From Callorhinchus milii (Eukaryota), in assembly GCF_018977255.1 (NCBI RefSeq), contig NW_024704742.1, forward strand, positions 116,748,001 through 116,808,000: 60,000 nucleotides of DNA, read 5' to 3'. A model generated the notes under the pieces. The model had not been told where the DNA came from and did no database searches. It saw nothing but the letters and a program-made list of their open reading frames with translations. A program made the translations under genes and the position numbers. This document shows positions 49,961-60,000 of the stretch, in pieces. How positions within the stretch are numbered: position 1 is the first letter of the stretch; each line of letters starts with the position of its first letter.

Positions 49961-50101
49961 ATCTTAAAAACTTCTACCGCGTCTCTTGTAGACGTGAACG
50001 TCAGCAAAAACTTGGTGGGCTCAGCTATGGCTGGAAGCCTTGGTGGCTACAACGCACATGCTGCTAATATTGTTACTGCTGTCTACATTGCGTGTGGGCA
50101 G
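49961..50101 (+). CDS. HMGCR: HMGCR exon 17 (ILKTST...GGYNAHAAN...ACGQ)
   Basis: GT-AG, in frame. Confidence 0.98.
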
Positions 50102-50536
50102 GTAGGTACAAGAGCACTTGTTCTGGATGGAGAGCAGTGCGGGTCTGGCGGATCTTAGGAGAAAAATAAAATGGTGTTGGATGTTTGTTAAGTAAATATA
50201 CATGCTATCATACTTGTGAAGTACATTTACCTGTTTAATGTGAGTGTATGACTGCGGTTAGTCAGTGATTTCCTTTGGACAACACTGCTCTAACTGCCAA
50301 TCAGGAATGTCATCTCTGGTTGTTTAGAGAGCACAATGGACTTTATTACACATGTCCTATTCAAAAAATGCATCACAGGAAAATAGTGAAGATTTTTCTG
50401 ACTGAGAAAATGTCTTAAATCATGAAAGTTTAATTCTCCATTAAGATTATTAAATTTTAATTGCTGTAATTGCACTTAGCAATGTCCATTTGAATAGTTT
50501 ATATTTAATGCTTTCTGAATTCAATGTTTGTTTCAG

Positions 50537-50695
50537 GATCCAGCTCAGAACGTTAGTAGTTCAAACTGTATCACCTTAATGGAATCAACTGGCATTACTA
50601 ATGAGGATTTGTATATCAGTTGTACTATGCCATCCATAGAGATTGGTACTGTTGGCGGAGGTACTAACTTACTACCACAGCAAGCCTGTCTCAAG
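50537..50695 (+). CDS. HMGCR: HMGCR exon 18 (DPAQNV...GTVGGGT...ACLK)
   Basis: Catalytic Asp and GTVGGGT motif, GT-AG. Confidence 0.98.
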
Positions 50696-51394
50696 GTGAG
50701 GATCCAAACAATAACATTTATTCTGATCACTATGGAATGGTGTTATACATGGCTTATCCACCAATTTTTTTAAAAAATCTTTATTTCTGGAATAAGCAAA
50801 AATCAAATAGAAATGTGCCATTTTTTACTTTGGTAGAATTTAATTCCTTTGAAGAACTTTATAGCATATGTAATTTTATTTTGCTTGAGGGAGAATAAAC
50901 TTAATTATATTTACTTAACAATTTAAAAGTTTCTAATGTTTTCACAATAGTTCTAACGTATAACATGAAAGCAAATTTCTAGTCAGCACGGTGGTTTAAC
51001 ACTAAAGTGTAAGTACATGCAACAAAATGATTATAAATTGAATTTATTTGCTTTTGAGGCAGTAAATACTTAAAGATACGTAAATACTCTATGGCAAGAA
51101 CTAAAATGCAGCACTTGAAATTACGAATACAAATGTTTGAGGGGTTTGTCATTCGAGCACAAAACTTGAGTTGTTACAATTAAGTGTCCAATTCTGAGGG
51201 TTTAGTGCAAAAGCCCTGCATACAGCAATATTCAATATGGACCAATATTTAATTGTAATGTATACTAAAGACCCATTTTCTTGTGGAGAATGTTGGAGAC
51301 CATATAATGTTATAGGTCAGGTATTCTTCAATTGGAGGGTATTGGTCATGTTATGGGCCCAGACTGTGTAACATTCCTGTTCTTTTTTTGGTAG

Positions 51395-51549
51395 ATGCTT
51401 GGTGTTCAGGGGGCAAGTAAATCAAATCCTGGTGAAAATGCATGTCAATTGGCAGAGATTGTTTGTGCCACAGTAATGGCAGGAGAACTGTCTCTCATGG
51501 CAGCACTAGCAGCCGGCCATCTTGTGAAGAGTCACATGACTCATAACAG
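51395..51549 (+). CDS. HMGCR: HMGCR exon 19 (MLGVQG...[12 protein letters not shown])
   Basis: Catalytic His, GT-AG. Confidence 0.98.
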
Positions 51550-52265
51550 GTAATTGTTTGTGTGCAATTGTAGATGATCAACTACTGAATTTGAGTTAAA
51601 GGACAATCTGTTGCACAGCAACATATATTAAACCTCGTGACTAAATAGTAGAGATAAACAATGATTCATTAGGACTTTTCCCTCCATCAGCTGGATGTTC
51701 CACAGATGAACACTAACCTTGTGTGTTTCTAGGGGGCAATAAGGAGAGGGATATTCTGACCTCTGCAGCTGTCTGCAATAGTCTGGGTTGCTCTCCAGTT
51801 TCCTTTCTTATCCACCAACCCAGTCCAATAGACTAATTGTATCAGCTCACTGCCCCAACTTAAATGAACAAATCTGGGCTTGACCTGGGGTCTGTGTGGT
51901 TCACCATTGTACTGTGTCTCACTTGCTTAGTTAAGCTTTTGAGGAGGTTGATGCATTGGTATTAAAAATAAATAAAATGGCAGTAATGGTTTTAAATTAA
52001 CTTGTTCGCACTAATAACTAGATGTTAGCTATTCAAACTCTGTAATTTATAATCAATGTGTCTGACTCGCTTCAAATGTACAGCATGTACAAAATGACCT
52101 TTTGATCTTATACCCAACCTGGATGCTTAGCTAATATAGTGACTGCTTCAGGGCATCTTCCCAACGTGAAAGAGGCTATATAATTCTAATGTTATATAAG
52201 TATTGAAAGGATTATGTTCTCACAAATCCTTTAACTTATTGATCAGTATGTTTTGGTTTCTGCAG

Positions 52266-52320
52266 GTCAAAAATCAATCTGCAGGAGCTCCCGGGTACCT
52301 GTACCAAGAAGGCAGCTTGA
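52266..52320 (+). CDS. HMGCR: HMGCR exon 20 coding end (SKINLQELPGTCTKKAA*)
   Basis: AMPK-site Ser (human S872 equivalent), stop TGA followed by TAG. Joined CDS is 2676 nt = 891 aa plus stop. Confidence 0.97.
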
Positions 52321-54960
52321 TAGCTGTTGGATGTGGCAATTCATGAAGGGTTTCACTGTAAAGACTGGAAATCACCATTGTAGAGAAATGTTTGGATCTT
52401 TCCTGTGAATTAAAAAGGAACATTTTGGTGGTGTTCATCGTTAGTTTTTTGGGAGAGGACAATAGTCGCTGCTTGGTTCAGCCGGGGTACCTGTGACAAT
52501 AAAGATTGCATGTAACTGCACAAAGATTACTGCCTAAGCGAGGATAGCAATATCTAATCGTATTGTTAAATGAATGCAGTAAAATATGGGACTGTCGGTA
52601 ACTATTTTTTTAATGAAAACTCCACAAACTATTTTGTTGCCGAAAGAGGATTTATTGCTATCCCTGCTTTATACTCAAGGCCTTGGCAGAGGGATTTCTA
52701 ATGCTTTAATTGCAGTAAATAAGTTTCCACTGAACTTGGAAGTTGTATTTGTTTTGTAAAAAAAAGTTGGGCTTGAAAACTTGATTAACCATTCTCTTTG
52801 ACAACAGAATTGTTTTTAGGGGGGATATTGACCTGATCCAATGAACAGCACAACCCATCTGCCTGCAGCTACTTTCGTTGTCTTCTGTGTTATGTAATAG
52901 TTAACATTACATTGTCTTGATGAAATTTGCTGCAATGTTCTTACAAATAAGACAAAAGCAAAATATTAAAAGTGCACAGTACCATATTCACTACATAAGG
53001 TTTAATTCTTCAGAGTGGCTAAGTCAAGTGGCAGATGCATGTCGGAATATACATATTTCTTACCTCTTTCTCTTTGCCTCTTCCCTTTCTCCTCTACTCC
53101 TACCCCCATCCTTCCCGTCTATTTGTTCAGAAGTTACTGATTGCTTTTGTTGAATCAAGTTGCAGTTTTCAAACATGGTCGGTGTGAAAGATAACAATTC
53201 TTTGAATGTGAACAGGCTGAACTAGACACTTTTTCTCAGTATGATACAGCTGTATCTTGCAAGTTCTGACTTATCTTTATAAAACTAGTATTTGTTCACT
53301 AGCTCCTGGCCAAAGCCGGGGGGTGGGGTGTGGTTGTGGAGTTGGAATGCAGAACTATATTGGAAAAAATGATTCTCACAATAACTGATTTAGATGTGCT
53401 TAATGATTCCCAGCCTCTGTAGTGCACAGTAACAGTGGTGCCAAGTGCTTTAACTAAGCACGCTGCTTAATGCTGTTGTGTCCTCTTCAGATTTTTCAAT
53501 GTGACATTACTGAATGTTCCCCTCATCCTCTATAAACATTGTACATTCATCCATAATTGAGTATTCATTTTTTGAACTCCACTGCCTTTCTTTAATTCTA
53601 ATGGTACTACTGTATGAAGCACTCCATCTAAAGCAGACACCCCAGGACATTGTCTGAGATCACTTGTGTATAGACTTAATTCAAATTTAAGTGCTAAGAG
53701 AAAACTTTACTTTGAATTTGGACCTTATGAATCTATTGTTATAGGACTTGCTATTGTAGTGTTTAATACATCTTTTACAAATCAGAATACAGTAGAACCC
53801 CCTTTGATAAACAAAATCATAATTTAGTTGCTCATACTGTATTTGCTTTGAGGTCCAATTTTCTTTAAATCAAAAAAAGTGCATTCTGTGGGAAAGGGAA
53901 GTACCTTTGTCCACCTTACAATGGTGAGATTGACACTCCTATTCCTAAGGAGATCTGTTTCCTGACCACCCTCTTTGGCAATCTGCCTAGAACTGGGGCC
54001 GTAGAACTATGGCCCAGTGAGGAATTAATGCTGTTGTATTTTTCCTTCCAGTGCAGCATGCTTCAGATCAGGAAGTTGGGTCATCTTGGTCAATTCTTTC
54101 CACAATGTCTGCTCAGCTTCAATTGCTACATATTAACATGCTTATTTTTTTCTTTGCTCCCGAAGGCAGTCAAGCACAAACCATTTCAATGTAAACCTTT
54201 TGAATATTTTAACTTAAAATTCCTAAAATTATTTGAGTAATTTTGAAAGCTGTTAAGCAATTTAGTTCTAATTCCAAAAGTATGACCAGGAAACACAGCT
54301 CTCATCAGATTGACACTCAGATTTGCTTGTTATACTATAGTTGCAATGTGTTCAGTTTTCAGTAATGCTTTTACCTGGAATACTGTGCAGTGAACTGTTC
54401 CAGTCTGAAGTACTTTATAACAGTTGATCATTTCCAACTCCAGTAACTCTTTAACTGGAGCGCTTTATAAATGACAGTCAATTTCATGTACAACATGTAA
54501 GCTGCTCACAAACCCTAGTCAGTCAAATCAATAAGGATTAATGCTGGTCTTGGAAGCAAGATTCCAGTTGTAGGAACAAGCTCAAAACAGCTGCATTTTT
54601 AATGTGGAACAGCAAAAAAGTACTCTTGGATGAATACCCATTTTATTTACTGTAATTTGAATATCTGTTGTGTTGAACTGTTATGTGGCTTCAGTGAGCT
54701 AAAGTTTGCATTGCCACCTATTGGGAATACTAAATATTAAGATTCCTGATGGAAAATGTTTATATTTTAAAACTAAGTATATTAAATTACTCTGATGGGT
54801 TGTATTTCAATCCTAGACAACACTGGTTTTAAGCTAATGAAAAGCTGATTGGAAGCAAACCCAGTCTTGAAGCAAATGCTGATTTATAATGTCATCTGTA
54901 CATTTTTGTAAATAGTTGGTGTTTTCCCATTTTCAATAAATCATATGAAAAGTTATTTTC
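52321..54960 (+). other. HMGCR: HMGCR 3'UTR (probable extent)
   Basis: TE-poor, U-rich. AATAAA at 52498 and 54935, the latter preceded by TGTA motifs and followed by GU-rich sequence. Confidence 0.55.
54935..54940 (+). terminator. Probable distal polyadenylation signal of HMGCR
   Basis: AATAAA with upstream TGTA/TGTAAATA and a downstream T/GT-rich tract. Confidence 0.55.
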
Positions 54961-56073
54961 TGTAAATGTTCTGTATATTGGATGTCAGTCAGTTATTCAG
55001 GTTTATTGACAAGATGTCTAATTTATGTTCTCTTCCTGTAAGAGTATGGTGTGAAGTAATGGGGTGCAGGATTCTTCCTTTCTTTGCCCTGTGTTCAGAT
55101 CTATTGGCAATGGAAAATCACATTGAAGTCTAGGCTATTGCAGAACATGACTTCTACTATGAGAGTAAATGTAAAAATAAATTACATACAGTAGACAATT
55201 CAAAAGTGATAAATGTAAAAATTACAAGTGAACTGACATTTGTTTTTATGTAGAAATTCAATGCCAGAATATTCCATTTCTAATCTCTCCTCTAAACAAA
55301 CCCTTTTTGTAAACTACAGTGGAATGTGCTTTAGCCGGACACATCGGGGCAGGGAGTTTTGTCCGATTTACCCGGCGTCCAGTAAAAGTTTTTCTTTTTC
55401 CTGCCATTGGACAGGAAGGGGACTGATTAGCAGCAGCTCAGAGGTGTCAATGACCTCAGAGCTGCTGCTAATTGGTCTCCTCCCCATCCATCAGATGCAG
55501 TCACTGCCCTCCCACAGCTGCTTAAGAATCACAATGTGACTCCCATCTCCATCCTGAAGCCACTCGTGACACAAGGTGTGAGTACATTCAGCAGTGACCA
55601 GCATTGGCATTTAGCCCGGATTAACCGGGTTTTCATCTGAATTAACTGGCATATTTAAAATGGGTAGGAATACAAATGAATCTGGGCCAGGTGTTTCATC
55701 CAATTTACCTTGTCCGTGTATCACCCACAAAATAGTCAATTCACTTTACAGTATATTCTGTAAAGCGCTTTGAGACATCTCAAAAGACCTGATAAGGTGC
55801 TATATTATAACCTCAAGGAGACACCTATTCCTTCAAGGCTCGTCTCCAAACCCTCTTCAATCGAGCCTTCAGCCCCAATCCCCAACTCTGGTCTAAATCC
55901 CTGACTGTCCAAAGCCTTGGGACATCCTCCCAATGTGAAAGGTGATGTACAAATGTAATTTTGTATTGTATGATATTGCAAGGTGTTGATCCTGTAGTAA
56001 CCGCTTTGAGTCTGGGGAAAAATGTAATATTCAGACTTCCTTGTTGCATTGGACGAACTCTTGCCAGCTATCC

Positions 56074-56396
56074 AATAATAATAATAATAATCCTTGCATT
56101 TGATATAGCGCTTTTCACGTCGGGAGGACGTCCCAAAGCGCTTCACAGAATATACTGTAAAGTGAATTGACTGTATATTTGTGGGCGAACGCGGCAGCCA
56201 ATTGCGCACAGCAATGTCCCACAAACAGTCGTAGATTGAAAATGACCAATTTATTATTGTTTTGGGTTTTTGGAGGGATTATTATTAGGCTCTGTGTGGA
56301 GTAAGGAAACTTGCCCAAGGTTTCGCCCTGCCTGGAATTGAACCCAGGTGTCTTGCTTGCAAAGCAAGTGCTCTAACCACTGAGCTACAGGACTCC
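56074..56396 (-). mobile_element. Full-length young SINE
   Basis: Near-identical to 1796-2117, with CpGs retained. Confidence 0.92.
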
Positions 56397-57459
56397 GAAT
56401 CAAGTACTGGTCCCAAAACTGCACTTTTAAAAGTGGCCCTACCAGTACAAGCTAGAATTAATTGGGAACTGATTTTTTTTCTAGTTGCATTCCGTAAATG
56501 GCAATGATATCAAGTGTTATGTCTCAGAGTTTATTCTCCTAATCCTCAATCCTGTTATGTGAACATTTACCAATGATTTAAGCAGTCTCACCTTTATCAG
56601 CTACTGTAGGAATTGAGAAGATAATAAAGCAAAGAGCAGAGATCATCTGTCTGGGACACGATAAACCAGAATGGGATTACTGATCTTTCCCTTCAGGAAA
56701 TGTTTTTCAGTTTGAGCAACTTTGGAGCAAGTTCCCAACAGTCTACCCACATTCTAAAATGTATGTCAAGGTTCACATTTCTTTGCTATTACTTACGTTC
56801 AGTGGATACATCCAAATGATTGGCAGGGCACTAACGTGGATATTGCAAGATGTCCTCAGGAATATTTGAAGATAAGGTGACATCCAATAAAGCTAAATGT
56901 TTAATGAAGCATCTTCCACAAGAGACTGAAGGTAAACCAGGGCAGACTAAATGTAGACCAACTAGGAAAAGGCAGATGAATAAATCTGCATGGTAATACA
57001 CCCAAGGTTTTCACACTTCATTAAGAGATCAAAGCCATCTCAACACAGGCTCTCTCAACCTTCCCAAATGGAGTAAGGCAATACATAACTGTTTGACTTC
57101 CAGCTCCATTTCAAAACATATTTTGGCACAACTTTAGGTGATACACTTCCTTTCCTCCCACATTGTATTTTACCCTCTGCACAAAACAATAACTTCCCTT
57201 TTAACTCTTCTAGTAACAAGTTTTGAGTTTCTTGCTTGAATTATCTGCAATCAGCACCTTTTAGTTCTCTCAGGTTGAGAAATCAAACCTTTGTGGAAAT
57301 GAAATCCCAAATCTGAATTTTCTGTGGGCTAGGAAAGCAGAAGCTCCTGGATATCTGAGACCAAACTTACTGCTAACACACTGGGACTATGTGAAGGTAG
57401 TAATTTTTTGAGCTGTGAACTTTTAACACATTCTCTCTAGCACAAAAGTCAGCCTTGTC

Positions 57460-60000
57460 TCACAAAGCACCAATATAAATTTATTTGTTACTAAATAATT
57501 TCACAGGAAAAATCATTTATAAAAACTATACTTATGTTGGAGAACAATTATCTTCCAGCAGGTTAGAATGTGGACCTAACTAGTTTATATTTCACATTGT
57601 TTTTTGTGGTCTGCTGAACACACGTCAGAAAACATTTTTTTCCTGAAGCAAGTAGTGAAGACAGAGGATTGAGAAGTCTAATAGAAAAAGTGTCAGTTTT
57701 ACTGATCATTACCTACCTTCAAAGAAATGACAAAACACTCTTCTATAATGTTTTAATACTTTTCACTGTTTAAATACTGGATTTTACTTTGTGATAACAT
57801 GGAGGAACCAAACTCTTTATAAACTGATCTTTACACATTGTTGATTGGAAAAACTGTTTTACAGTCCAACATCACAGACATATTAACCAGTGTTTTGCTG
57901 TACACAAAGCTAAACCAGGATATAAAGCTTTCATAAAACAAATCTTTTACCATACTCAGGATATTTTAAGATAAAAGTTTATATTTCAACCATCAGATGC
58001 TAAATGACAATGTTTTTACATTCCAGAGAAGTTTCAATACTTTACAACTGCCTCTTTCACGTAATTGCTTCATACCAGAATAATTTCAAAATTACATCAC
58101 ATTTAGTGCAATTGAGAATGACAATATCAAATTCTATACACTGTAAACGTCCCAAAATTTGTTTTAATTAAGTAATTAGCTTAATTCAAACCAGCAGCGG
58201 ATTCTAGCCTGGGCCTTCACGTAATGTTTCCATTAATATGGTAGACAAGTACACAGATTTTCAGGTATTAAATCAAAAATGATTTGTCCTTCTCCAGTTC
58301 CCTTAGATTGCTATGCACAAAACATCTGGGTATTGAATGCAAAGGTTTCTAAACAAATATTTATCAACAGTAAATCAATATACAATAATGCTTCTGTAAA
58401 CCACTCAAATCTTGTGTTTGGTTTGAATCCAGTATACAATAGTTCATTTTTATCTCATTTTACATTAATCTCCCCCAGAGAAACATGGCTACTTGCATCC
58501 TTCCTTCAAGTGCAAAAGCTAAATTCCTTTTATAATTTCAAAATACCAGTATTTTCCAGTTGAGAAATTTTAATGTAGAACAGGGCAGGTAGAATATGTT
58601 TCCCTCACAAGGTAATAACTGATTCCCAATTCATACCCACACCCCACATTCTGTTACAGGATTACACTGGGATTGAAACCAGTGATATCAGCAGTCTAAA
58701 GAATAGAGCTGAATTATATTTACTGCTTAATATCCTACAATAGTCTCATGAAGCATCCATCCCTACACCTAAAAAACACACATATAGAAAAAAGAGATAC
58801 TAAAAGGAGTAGCTCGCCACTCAGATTCAAACCTTATTGCCATCTCTGAGGTTGGGCATTGAAACATGAAATGGAGCACTCGGCTTCAGCTCCCAGTGCA
58901 CTCTCATTCATTCTTCACGGCAATCAGTGTCAAGGAGTGCAAGGAACCAAAGCTAAATTACATTCAAAAGTAACCAGCCTCAAGACTGATGCAGCTCCAA
59001 CTGGGAAACCAGATGTTAGTTATCATTTCAAAAGATTTGGCTTATAAGTTTGTCATTTATAAATATGTGGAATTAATTTATAGAAAAAATTAAAAGCTAC
59101 AGGAAAAGTACACTTTTGCAAGATAAGTTAGTAACTACCAAAGTCAGAGAAAGAGTTAGACAATTCAAAATAAGTGTATTCACAAGATTTTAAATCAAAG
59201 TTACCAATGGGTAAAGAAGAAAGAAAAATTATTTTGAAACAGTCATTTCCTTTCAGTGCAGTCTGACCTACTGATGCCAACACCTGGTAAATTGAGATAT
59301 CCTTTGTGGAAAATATTTATTGAAAATCACATCATCTTTATGAAACACAAATTTCTAGTGATTGAAATGTACTGGAATGAACTAGAGCCTGAGAAAATGT
59401 CCTTTATAAAAAGAATATCCTGATTAACTGGCATTAACTTTGACCTGGGGGAAAGAATAAAGCCAAAATGAACCATATAAATCTAGATGAGAGAATTGGT
59501 GATTTACAGCAGGTATTAGTATAATGTAACTTTTTAGTGAGTCCTTTGGTTTAATTGAAATGTAAAACCTCTGCATTCAGTCAAGTGACATGACACTCAG
59601 CTTTTTAATCCTGTCGATTGAGAACTTTAATCATGTAACAATTCTTCTAAATATAGATATAAGAGATCTTTGCTGCAGATAAGACAAATTTAGGTACAAT
59701 AGAATTTTTTNAAACACTGAATTAATTCTAAACTTGCAATACCCCAACATTTGTATGGACATCAACTAGAATGAATCAAGAAAACCTGCTGATTACACAA
59801 CCTATCATTTTTAGGCACTTTTACATTTAAAGTTGTGCACATTAAAGGTATAATACATCCAAAGTAGTGAATAACTTGGTTTCTAGCTGAAAAAATAAAA
59901 TGACTCCTCGTTTCATTGATATCTTATGTCAGATTTCTTACTGATACTCAAAATAAGTATCTGAGCAGCTTTAAATTCTAGTTAAGTCAACTTACAGGAA
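57460..60000 (-). other. Probable 3'UTR of a convergent gene (CERT1/COL4A3BP by vertebrate synteny)
   Basis: Minus-strand AATAAA at 57480-85, AT-rich, no TE recognised, no coding exon seen. Identity inferred from synteny only. Confidence 0.35.

Noticed and set aside
52318..52323. Stop-codon readthrough or selenocysteine at the HMGCR TGA
   Set aside because: TGA is immediately followed by TAG, and the C-terminus matches the normal vertebrate end.

Overview
Vertebrate nuclear DNA, most likely from a cartilaginous fish. The SINE/L2/CR1/Penelope-like repeat content resembles holocephalans such as Callorhinchus (inference). The window holds the conserved ANKRD31-HMGCR(-CERT1) neighbourhood. Minus strand, ~1-23.2 kb: the 5' part of an ANKRD31 ortholog, from the start codon to the first ankyrin repeat, continuing off the left edge, with an NRF1-rich CpG-island promoter. 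Plus strand, ~30-55 kb: a complete HMGCR gene with a CpG-island promoter (CCAAT, SREBP E-box, CRE, GC box), a non-coding exon 1, and 19 GT-AG coding exons that I joined by hand into an uninterrupted 891-aa ORF, followed by a long 3'UTR. The last ~2.5 kb looks like the 3'UTR of a convergent gene (CERT1 by synteny, unproven). Most interesting observations: stop-containing, phase-compatible exon-like relics inside ANKRD31; strong AT-to-GC drift in TE copies inside the HMGCR CpG island; a decayed hammerhead-ribozyme core in a Penelope-like palindrome; and an unnamed ~350-bp dispersed repeat. I see no convincing wholly new biological system.
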